A DNA stretch of 63,005 nt, counting the filler, from Actinomycetota bacterium (GTDB lineage: Bacteria; Actinomycetota; CADDZG01; JAHWKV01; JAOPZY01): the NCBI GenBank assembly GCA_025963875.1. It is 6 parts of 6 records of this genome, joined end to end, with 100 filler letters (N's around TTAATTAATTAA, not from the genome) between each part and the next. Parts side by side here need not be neighbours in the genome. Positions count along the whole stretch, not along the records: positions 50,853 to 59,027 come from JAOPZY010000155.1; positions 59,128 to 63,005 come from JAOPZY010000240.1; 4 more parts are not named here. One strand, written 5' to 3'. This document shows positions 55,419-63,005 of the stretch, piece after piece. Numbering within the stretch: position 1 is the first letter of the stretch; each line of letters opens with the position of its first letter. A program made the position numbers and the translations under genes. A model generated the notes under the pieces. The model was not told the origin of the DNA and ran no database searches. It worked only from the letters and a program-made list of their open reading frames with translations.

Positions 55419-56080
55419 CTCGGCTCGACGAGCTCACGCATCTCGTCCGCCATTCCGCCGGGGCGCCCGAGGGAGCCCTCGTGCTGTTCCACGGCAGGGG
55501 ATCCGACGAGTACGACCTGTACCGGCTCCTCGACGATCTCGACCCGGACCAGCGCCTCCTCGGCGTGACGCCACGCGGCCCGCTGTCGCTTCCCCCGGGC
55601 GGGGCGCACTGGTATATCACCCGCCAGGTCGGCTACCCGGATCCCGGCACGTTCCACGCGACGTACCGCCTCGTGTCCGGCTGGCTCGACGAGCTGGCTC
55701 GCTCCACCGGCATCCCCACGGAGCGCACCATTCTCGGTGGCTTCTCGCAGGGCGCGGTGATGACGCATGCGATGGGGCTTGGGGCCGGACGCCCGAGGCC
55801 GGCGGCGATGCTCGCCTTCAGCGGCTTCATCCCGACGGTCGAGGGCTTCGACATCGACCTGTCGGCGCCTCTGCCCCCAGTCGCAATCGGGCACGGGACC
55901 TACGACAACATCATCGCCGTCGAGTTCGGCCGTGAGGCCCGTGACCGCCTCACGGCGGCGGGGGCCGACGTGACGTACCGGGAGTCCCCGATCCGCCACG
56001 GCATCGACCCGGGGTTCCTCGACGAGCTCGTGCCGTGGGTGGCATCGGCGATCGACCGGGCGGCCGTCGCGCGGGGGTAG
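55415..56080 (+). CDS. Phospholipase/carboxylesterase (MhqD-like)
   Basis: HGRG, GGFSQGA, HG..D.II, H; ATGA overlap with the dioxygenase. Confidence 0.9.
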   Translation: MTRLDELTHLVRHSAGAPEGALVLFHGRGSDEYDLYRLLDDLDPDQRLLGVTPRGPLSLPPGGAHWYITRQVGYPDPGTFHATYRLVSGWLDELARSTGIPTERTILGGFSQGAVMTHAMGLGAGRPRPAAMLAFSGFIPTVEGFDIDLSAPLPPVAIGHGTYDNIIAVEFGREARDRLTAAGADVTYRESPIRHGIDPGFLDELVPWVASAIDRAAVARG

Positions 56081-56682
56081 CCTGCGTAGGTGGTCGCCCA
56101 CGCCATCACGTCGGCGACGTAGGCATCCGAGTCGTTGTAGCGGTGCAGGGCCGCGGCCAGGGCAGCGGGATCGCTGAGGTCCGCCGGCGGCTGGCAGAGG
56201 ATCACCCCCGCCGTCAGCGCCGCGTCGGCGGGGTCCTGCGGATCCGCAACGCCGTCGCCGTTGGCGTCCTGTCCCCACCGGCGCCACATCGAGGGCAGGA
56301 TCTGCATCGGTCCCAGCGCGTGGTCCCAGACGGGATCCCCGTCGAGGGATCCGCCATCGGTGTCGGGCACGACCGCCGTGCCAGGGATGGACCCGTCGAG
56401 TGCCGGCCCGATGACCGGCGCAGTGGCATGGTTGCTCTCGACCTTCCCGATGGCCAGGAGCACGGGGGCCGGGACGGCGCAACCGGTCACGAGGCTGCCG
56501 ATGCGGTTGGACGCGTCGGTCGAGGCCGCCATCGCCACCGGGGGAATGTCCCCGGCGGATGCGACGTTGGCCGCAACGGGAGGGGCCGTGCCGGCCACCA
56601 GGAGGAAGATCACCAGGAGCGGAGCCCCGAAGAGGCACAGCAGCGCCAGGCAGAGCCCGATGGCAACGGTCTTGATGCTCAT
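55900..56682 (-). CDS. Membrane-anchored lytic murein transglycosylase (MltB/SLT_2-like); C-terminus runs into the convergent gene
   Basis: LLAIGKVESNH, IGPALDG, DTDGG.LDGD..WD.A.GPMQ..P..W, DANGDG..DP, YN.S..YV..V. Confidence 0.85.
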   Translation of the reverse strand: MSIKTVAIGLCLALLCLFGAPLLVIFLLVAGTAPPVAANVASAGDIPPVAMAASTDASNRIGSLVTGCAVPAPVLLAIGKVESNHATAPVIGPALDGSIPGTAVVPDTDGGSLDGDPVWDHALGPMQILPSMWRRWGQDANGDGVADPQDPADAALTAGVILCQPPADLSDPAALAAALHRYNDSDAYVADVMAWATTYAGYPRATAARSIADATHGTSSSRNPGSMPWRIGDSRYVTSAPAAVRRSRASRPNSTAMMLS

Positions 56683-56698
56683 AGAGGATGATTAAAAC

Positions 56699-57352
56699 AT
56701 GAATACGACCGCAGATGGGCAGATCGTCTCCGTCAATGTCGGTGCCGTTCGGGAGATCGTCTACCGCGGCCGCCCCCGCACGACTGCCATCTGGAAGGAG
56801 CCGGTGGCCGGGCGGCTGCCGGTTCTCGCCGAGCAGGTGAGCGGCGATCACCAGGCGGATCCAGCGGTGCACGGCGGGCCCGCCAAGGCCGTCTACTCGT
56901 ACACCTCCGAGGACTACGCCTGGTGGAGCGAAGAGTTGGGCGAGACGCTAGGGCCCGGGACGTTCGGCGAGAACCTGACCACCGCCGGCATCGACCTCAG
57001 CGACCTTCGGATCGGTGAGCAGGTGCGGGCCGGGACCGCCCTCCTGGAGGTCACCGCGCCGCGCTTTCCCTGCTGGAAGCTCGGCTTTCGGATGGGCACG
57101 CAGAAGTTTCCCCGGCGGTTCCTGGAGGCCGCCCGGGCGGGTACCTACTTTGCGGTCGTCGAGGAGGGCGACGTGGGTGCAGGTGATCCCATCGTGTCGG
57201 TGTCCCGGCCGAACCACCCGGTGACCGTAGGTCTGATCGCGCACCTGAACCACGCCGATCGGGAGCTCGCGGCCTTGCTGATGGAGGCGGTCCAGGCGGG
57301 GGTGTCCGGTGCGGAATGGGATGCCCTGCTGGCGAGGGTCGCCACCCCCTGA
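56699..57352 (+). CDS. MOSC domain protein (YiiM-like)
   Basis: TAIWK.PV, GD.QAD..VHGG..KAVY, FGENLT, PRFPC.KL. Confidence 0.92.
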   Translation: MNTTADGQIVSVNVGAVREIVYRGRPRTTAIWKEPVAGRLPVLAEQVSGDHQADPAVHGGPAKAVYSYTSEDYAWWSEELGETLGPGTFGENLTTAGIDLSDLRIGEQVRAGTALLEVTAPRFPCWKLGFRMGTQKFPRRFLEAARAGTYFAVVEEGDVGAGDPIVSVSRPNHPVTVGLIAHLNHADRELAALLMEAVQAGVSGAEWDALLARVATP

Positions 57353-57354
57353 TC

Positions 57355-57978
57355 ATGGCGCTCCACATCGACCACATCGTCTGGGGGGTCGACGACCTCG
57401 ACCGGGCCGCAGCGCAGGTGCAGGAACGCTACGGGCTGGCGTCGGTCCCGGGGGGACGGCATCCCGGCTGGGGGACGGCCAACCGCATCATCCCGCTCGG
57501 TCCAAGCTACCTCGAGCTGATCGCCGTGGCCGACGCCGGTGAGGCGGCAGCCGATCCGGTCGGCAGCGGTTACGCCCGGCACATCCAGGCAGCGACCGGC
57601 CTGATGCTGTGGTGTCTCGCCACCGACGAGCTCGACACCGTCGCGGCCAGGCTGGATCTGCCAATTGAGGCGAAGTCACGGGTGCTGCCCGACGGCACCA
57701 GCCTCGGTTGGCGCCTCGTCGGTCTGCCGGCGGCCCTGGACAACCCGTCGCTGCCCTTCTTCATCGAATGGGATGTCTCCCCGGAGCGCCACCCCGGTCG
57801 CATGCAGGCCGAGCACGCGGCAGCGCCGGAGGGCATCGCCTCGGTGACGGTGGGGGCCGATCCCTCGGAGCTGTCCGCCTGGCTCGGCGGTGCGTCGTTG
57901 CCGGTGCGCCTCGCGGGGCCGCCGGGTGTGAACTCGGTGACCGTCGCCACGGCGGGGGGCGACATCGTCATCCCGTGA
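57355..57978 (+). CDS. VOC family protein (glyoxalase-like domain 3)
   Basis: IDHIV..V.DL, GGRHPGWGTAN..I.LG..YLELIA, LPFFIEW. Confidence 0.9.
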   Translation: MALHIDHIVWGVDDLDRAAAQVQERYGLASVPGGRHPGWGTANRIIPLGPSYLELIAVADAGEAAADPVGSGYARHIQAATGLMLWCLATDELDTVAARLDLPIEAKSRVLPDGTSLGWRLVGLPAALDNPSLPFFIEWDVSPERHPGRMQAEHAAAPEGIASVTVGADPSELSAWLGGASLPVRLAGPPGVNSVTVATAGGDIVIP

Positions 57979-58450
57979 CGTCGGCCTGATCGGCCAAGCC
58001 CGCGCCGGGGTCCTTGATCTATAGCTGAACGATCCTTCGTGCCAGGGCAGACAGCGCTGTAGTTCTTCCTGAATAGAACTTAACGTGACTTTCGCCCTGA
58101 ATAGGCCCAACAATAGGCCTAGGGTTTCGGGCAGAGACTCTTCTGATGAAGACAGAAAGGGGGGATGTCTTCATGCATGCAAAGGTCGGAGTCGTTGCCG
58201 CGGGAGTATGCCTCTCGGAGTTCAGGATGGGGGGAACCCGATGGGGGGCCTCAGTCTGGATGCGGCCTGCGGAGGGACCCGGGACATGACCATCCGGCAG
58301 TATTTCAGGCAGTAACAGCTCCTCGACCGCACCTTTTCCCGGCACACGAGATGGATCATCTTTCTCACCCTGCGCGGCGACGGCTCTTTCTTATGCAGCA
58401 TCGATCGGGAATGCCCATTCAATGTCGCACCAGTGGGGGAGATCTACGGA

Positions 58451-59027
58451 ATGAAAGAGCTTGATACGTTCATGGCGTCCGAAGCCCCGATCCGGGCCCG
58501 GAAGCCTCAAGGTTTGCACGTCCGAGGCCGGGCAACGGCTTGCCCCGGCAGGTCCATCGTCGGAACCATCGGCACGCTGGCCATCGTTCTCCTGATGGCC
58601 GCCTGCAGCCGCGGGAGCGCAACCGCCTCCTCCACGCCGACGCCGACGCCCACTCCGTCTCCGTCGTCCTCCGCCACGCCCTCTCCCACCGACCCCTCCA
58701 CGCCATCTGCCACGCCGTCTCCAGTCGCCACCGACTCACCCGCGCCGGCGCCGTCGCCGTCGCCGTCGCGCGTCCCATCGACGCCCACCCCCGGCGCCGC
58801 CGACACCCCGGTCACGAGCCTGCTCATACCCGAGAGCACCGCGAACTACGACTTCGGCCCGACGACCATCAACGGTGTCGACTACGCGCAGTCCCTGAAG
58901 ATCTCTCCACGAAACGCTTCCGCGAACGTCCAGATCGACGCCGGCAGATCCAAGCACCGCTTCGTGGGGTCCCTTGGCATCCCCGACAACCAATCCTCCG
59001 GCGCGTCCTACCAGGTGGACATCAGCC
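58451..59027 (+). CDS. Lipoprotein with Ser/Thr/Pro linker and NPCBM-like domain (3' truncated)
   Basis: LLMAAC lipobox, PTPSPS linker, TINGVDY..SL...RF...LGI.D; start uncertain. Confidence 0.65.
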
Positions 59028-59127
59028 NNNNNNNNNNNNNNNNNNNNNNNNNNNNNNNNNNNNNNNNNNNNTTAATTAATTAANNNNNNNNNNNNNNNNN
59101 NNNNNNNNNNNNNNNNNNNNNNNNNNN
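59028..59127. other. Artificial contig spacer
   Basis: N-run, TTAATTAATTAA, N-run. Confidence 0.98.
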
Positions 59128-59417
59128 CCGAACGCCGTTTGCAACGCATCGCGCTGAGGCGGCGGTAGGCGTTCCAGGCGATCCAGCATCGGCGCGCACA
59201 GCAGCTGCAGGCCGGCGAACGCCAGCTCCATCTCAGACTGCACACCGGCAGCACGCGCCAGGCGAAACCCCGACGTCTGCTTGGCCACGTACTCCAACAA
59301 CGCCGACTTCCCCACGCCCGGCTCCCCGCGCAGTACCAGCACCCGGCTCTGACCCCCCCGAACGGCCACGAGCAGGCGGTCGAGCACCTCGCACTCGCTG
59401 CGCCGGTCCAGCAACAT
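59128..59417 (-). CDS. AAA-ATPase/LuxR (LAL) family transcriptional regulator, 5' part
   Basis: MLLDRRSE...LDRL...VLRGEPGVGKSALL...GVQSEMELAFAGL. Confidence 0.9.
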
Positions 59418-59603
59418 CTAGCCCCACCGCCGTGGGGGCGACGCTATGTCGCGCCCGCTCAAGCAAGCAGTTCTGGCCATCGATTGGGCGCCCACCGTAT
59501 ACCGGACCAAGCCGGCCCGCCGGTGCGGCCCCCTCGCCCAGCGATGGGGACTGGCCAGTTGGCGGATGCGAGGGCGCTGAGGCGGCCTCAGATTCTTGAG
59601 GCA

Positions 59604-60140
59604 ATGAACGGCGAGCCCCACGAGCAGTCACCCGGCCATGTCACCGCCTTGATCCGGCACTTCAACGATCTTCGGGACAGGACGCACGGCGGGTCGGTCA
59701 GTCGCGAAGACAAGGAGGCACATTTCGCCCATGCCGTGGAGCTGCTGGCGCCCGTTGCCCGCCAGGCACTCGAGGAGATCAACACGCACCTGCTGCTCGA
59801 TACCGGCAGGGTGATCGCGACGGGCCTGCAGCGTGAGGCCGATGGCAGCTTGAGCGCGTCGTGGGACCTCGCCTGGCCCGAACAGCTGGCAGCCGGGGTG
59901 GGCCCAGTGACGCTCCTTGCCTACTACGGGATCGGCTTCCACCATCCGCACCTGCGCGGCGCCACCGTGCGCGACTGGCCCCTGAACGTCTTCACGATCC
60001 ACGACGCCGCCGACCTTTTGCCGATCATGCGCGCCATCGCCACCGGTGACCTGCACAACCTGGTCTTCCAGGCCGACTACCGGATCATCCCCGCCGTCAC
60101 GAGACCACCGCCAGAGCCGCCGCGGCGGCGCGCGTCATGA
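59604..60140 (+). CDS. Hypothetical protein
   Basis: Host-like codon usage; RHF.DLRD.THGG and FHHPHLRG His-rich motifs. Confidence 0.7.
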   Translation: MNGEPHEQSPGHVTALIRHFNDLRDRTHGGSVSREDKEAHFAHAVELLAPVARQALEEINTHLLLDTGRVIATGLQREADGSLSASWDLAWPEQLAAGVGPVTLLAYYGIGFHHPHLRGATVRDWPLNVFTIHDAADLLPIMRAIATGDLHNLVFQADYRIIPAVTRPPPEPPRRRAS

Positions 60141-60248
60141 CCTCCACAAGGAATCCGCGTGGCCCGCCGGCCATGACCGGCCAGCAACATCACAACCAAT
60201 CAACAGCCCGAGATCGCAAGCCTCGCCGACGCAGAAAGAGAGACAGTC

Positions 60249-61121
60249 ATGGGGGACATCACCGAACACGAAGAGGACCAGATCAACAGAGCAAACGCTT
60301 CCGGGCTCCCCCCGGTGGTGTTCGTCCACGGTTTGTGGTTGCTCCCCAGCAGCTGGGACCGGTGGCGGACAGTTTTCGAGGAGAGCGGCTACACCACCCT
60401 GGCCCCGGACTGGCCCGACGACCCGGACACCGTCGAAGAGGCAAACGAGCACCCCGAGGTGTTCGCCAACAAGTCGCTCGGCCAGATCACTGACCACTCC
60501 GAGGCTGTCATCGGCAAGCTCGACCGCAAGCCGGCCGTGATCGGCCACAGCTTCGGCGGCCTCCTCACCCAGATCCTCGCCGGCCGGGGCGTCTCGGCGG
60601 TCTCCGTGGCGATCGACCCAGCGCCCTTCCGCGGTGTGCTCCCATTGCCGATCTCGGCTCTGCGTTCGAGCTCGCCGGTGCTTCGCAACCCGGCCAACCG
60701 CCGCCGGGCGGTTCCGCTCACCTACGACCAGTTCCGGTACGCCTTCGCCAACGCGCTCGGCGAGGACGAGGCGAAGTCCCTCTATGACGAGTTCGCGGTG
60801 CCGGGCTCGGGCGAGACGGTCTTCCAGGCCGCTGCCGAGAACCTCAACCCCTGGACCGAGGCCAAAGTCGACAGCAAGAACCCCGCGCGTGGCCCGCTCC
60901 TCATCATCTCCGGCGACCTCGACCACACAGCGCCGTGGGCCGTCGCCGACGCGTCGTACAAGCGGGAGAAGCGCAACCTCGGTGTCACCGAGATCGTGCA
61001 GATGCCCAATCGCGGCCACTCGTTGACGATCGACAACGGATGGCGGGAAGTCGCCGACACCGCCCTCGCCTTCGTCGAGCGGTTCGTCAGGATGAGCCAC
61101 CAGATCGGAGAGACCCAGTGA
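60249..61121 (+). CDS. Alpha/beta hydrolase (non-heme haloperoxidase-like)
   Basis: VVFVHGLW, GHSFGG, G..DHT.P, RGHSL.ID.GW. Confidence 0.92.
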   Translation: MGDITEHEEDQINRANASGLPPVVFVHGLWLLPSSWDRWRTVFEESGYTTLAPDWPDDPDTVEEANEHPEVFANKSLGQITDHSEAVIGKLDRKPAVIGHSFGGLLTQILAGRGVSAVSVAIDPAPFRGVLPLPISALRSSSPVLRNPANRRRAVPLTYDQFRYAFANALGEDEAKSLYDEFAVPGSGETVFQAAAENLNPWTEAKVDSKNPARGPLLIISGDLDHTAPWAVADASYKREKRNLGVTEIVQMPNRGHSLTIDNGWREVADTALAFVERFVRMSHQIGETQ

Positions 61122-61672
61122 ACTCCACTGTCACCCTCGTCCTGAGAGGGATCCTCGCAATCGCCGTCGGCGTCATCGCCGTCGCCTGGCCCAACATCAC
61201 GATCGGGGCGTTTGTCATCCTATTTGCCGTATACGCGTTCCTCGCCGCGTTCATGGAGGCGGCCCGGGCGTTCCGGTCCCAGCGTGCCGGACCCGTTGTC
61301 GGGCGCCTGGGATTGGCAGTCGTCGACATCGCGGCCGGAGTCGCTGCGATCGCCTGGCCCGGTATCACCGCCCTCTCCCTCGTGCTCCTGGTCGCCGGCT
61401 GGGCGTTCGCCACGGGCACCTTTGAAGTCATCCTCGCCTTTCGCGCCGGCGAGAACGCCGGCGAGCGTGCACGGCTCGGACTGACCGGGCTGGTCTCGCT
61501 GGCGTTGGCCGCTGTGTTCGCCATCCGACCCGACATCGGGGCTGTCACCCTCGCTCAGGTCTACGGCCTGTTCAGCATCGTGTCGGGCATCTCGTTGTTG
61601 GTCACCTCCGCCAGCATGCCGGAGACCGGCCGCATTCAAAGACCGGGCTCACAGCCCAGCCGCGTCGCTTGA
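61118..61672 (+). CDS. HdeD/DUF308 family membrane protein
   Basis: LRGILAIAVGVIA.AWP.IT pattern repeated; GTGA overlap. Confidence 0.85.
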   Translation: MNSTVTLVLRGILAIAVGVIAVAWPNITIGAFVILFAVYAFLAAFMEAARAFRSQRAGPVVGRLGLAVVDIAAGVAAIAWPGITALSLVLLVAGWAFATGTFEVILAFRAGENAGERARLGLTGLVSLALAAVFAIRPDIGAVTLAQVYGLFSIVSGISLLVTSASMPETGRIQRPGSQPSRVA

Positions 61673-61743
61673 GCCGAATCGGTCCGACGACACCAGAGTC
61701 GATTTCGTCAGACATGTCTAACCGACAAACGAAGGAGAATACG

Positions 61744-62112
61744 ATGAACGGGCAGGTTTCCTGGGTGAACGAGCTGGCAGTCAAAGACGGCAAGCTCGAG
61801 ACGTTCAAAGAGCTCATGGAGGAGATGGTCTCAGGCGCGAGGAACCAGCCGGGGACACTCTCGTACGAGTGGTACATCTCGCCCGACGGCGGCACCGTCC
61901 ACGTCGTCGAGACGTACGCGGACTCTGCGGCGGTGGTGGCCCACCACGTCAGCGAGGGGTTCGCCTTGAAGAACTGGGCGGGGCGGTTCATGGACTGTGC
62001 CGACGTGACCCGGGTCAACGCCTACGGCGACCCCGACGCGTCAGCCCGCGAGATCCTCGACCGCCTCGGCGCCACCTACCACTCCGCTTGGGGAGGCTTC
62101 TCGCGCTTCTGA
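61744..62112 (+). CDS. Antibiotic biosynthesis monooxygenase (ABM) family protein
   Basis: PGTLSYEW......HVVE.YADS.A...H; AAGGAG RBS. Confidence 0.85.
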   Translation: MNGQVSWVNELAVKDGKLETFKELMEEMVSGARNQPGTLSYEWYISPDGGTVHVVETYADSAAVVAHHVSEGFALKNWAGRFMDCADVTRVNAYGDPDASAREILDRLGATYHSAWGGFSRF

Positions 62113-62239
62113 GCGCATTTCTTCCACACCTCTTCTGTCGGCCCTGCCGCACGGCCGGGCGGCGAGCGTTCGTTCTGCCACCAAGTGTGCGCCTGGGAGC
62201 CCATGACCGTGGAGCCGCCGACATGGGAGTGTGGTCACC

Positions 62240-62821
62240 ATGCCCTTTATCGCTCCGCCCCCGACCGCGGCGTGGCAGCATCGGGACGCCCGCTCAGGTT
62301 TTGAAGTCGTGTACTTCCACCTGCTCGCCGACGGCTGCCGCATCGAGGGGTGCACGACCGCAATCGAGGGCGGCCAGACCTGGGCCGTCGACTACTCGAT
62401 CACGCTGGACATCACCTGGACGACCCGGCGATCTCGCCTCTGGGGCCGGTCGGCCTCCGGGTCGCGTTCAATCGTCCTCGAGGCAGACGGGTTGGGCCAC
62501 TGGCGGGTCGATGGTGAGGCCGCGCCGCACCTGGACGGCTGCGTTGACGTGGACCTGGAGTCCTCCGCGATGACAAACGCCCTGCCCGTGCACCGTATGG
62601 ATCTGCCGGTCGGCGGGCGAGCAGCCGCCCCCGCCGCGTACGTGCGCGCACGCGACTTCGCCGTCGAACGGCTGGAACAGACCTACGCGCGTATCGCCGA
62701 TCAGGGCTCCCACCAGCGCTACGATTACACCGCTCCCATCTTCGACTTCGCCTGCCGCTTGGTCTACGACGAGTCTGGTCTGGTCCTCGATTATCCCGGA
62801 ATCGCCGTTCGTGCAGGCTGA
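62240..62821 (+). CDS. Putative glycolipid-binding domain protein (DUF1089-like)
   Basis: G.W.VDG...P.L.GC.DVDL..S..TN.LP, LEQ.Y, D..GLV.DYP. Confidence 0.88.
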   Translation: MPFIAPPPTAAWQHRDARSGFEVVYFHLLADGCRIEGCTTAIEGGQTWAVDYSITLDITWTTRRSRLWGRSASGSRSIVLEADGLGHWRVDGEAAPHLDGCVDVDLESSAMTNALPVHRMDLPVGGRAAAPAAYVRARDFAVERLEQTYARIADQGSHQRYDYTAPIFDFACRLVYDESGLVLDYPGIAVRAG

Positions 62822-63005
62822 CCGGCACCATCTCGTCTGATTGACCGAGGCCATGGTCGGACTCCGAGACGGTGCCGTGCGTACCACCAGCGCAGTAGGC
62901 CTCACCGCTCGCCTACCGCACCGGGCGTAGAAGAGAGAGCCACCCCCGACTGACGACAGCCCCGGGACTGGTCGGGACAATGAGCACATGAATCCGACCC
63001 TCCTT

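Noticed and set aside
58143..58158. Hammerhead ribozyme core (CTGATGA...GAAA)
   Set aside because: Only 5 nt lie between the two core motifs, so stem II cannot form. A competing 9-bp hairpin uses the same bases.
17306..59127. Five identical TTAATTAATTAA motifs flanked by N-runs as a biological repeat
   Set aside because: They are fixed 100-bp artificial spacers with stops in all frames joining contigs. Gene adjacency across them is meaningless.

Overview
High-GC DNA whose gene content points to an actinobacterium (Actinomycetota, probably an uncultured or deep-branching lineage; this is inference). The window is not contiguous. It is six contigs joined by artificial 100-bp N-TTAATTAATTAA-N spacers (1-17305, 17406-25899, 26000-44995, 45096-50752, 50853-59027, 59128-63005), so nothing should be linked across the spacers. 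Contig 1 has a lipoyl-domain E2 gene start, the actinobacterial metallopeptidase/DUF5719/large GT2 locus, a visibly more AT-rich polysaccharide block and the start of metH. The polysaccharide block is the best candidate for an undescribed system. It has a processive HAS/Alg8-like GT2, a membrane-anchored AlgG-like beta-helix protein, a PL31-like beta-helix lyase, a PL14 lyase, a short nucleotide-sugar dehydrogenase and a His-repeat surface protein. Together these suggest a synthase-dependent alginate/mannuronan- or hyaluronan-like exopolysaccharide pathway in a monoderm. Contig 2 has a hydrolase, an LLM oxidoreductase with an in-frame amber codon, VOC, PP2C, Ppx, a P450 with an atypical I-helix, a HicB-like gene and a lipoprotein. 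Contig 3 has a compact flagellar cluster (fliC end, fliD, fliFGH, flgNKL, fliW, csrA) with sigma-28-like promoters, Nramp, M23, a response regulator/FliA/Hpt trio and metabolic genes. Contig 4 has surface-glycan genes. Contig 5 has recN, a GS-like/amidohydrolase pair and an mhq-like pair behind a long AT-rich palindrome. Contig 6 has a LuxR-AAA regulator and small enzymes. No rRNA, tRNA, CRISPR array or transposase was recognised. All family calls come from motif recognition by eye, not database searches.
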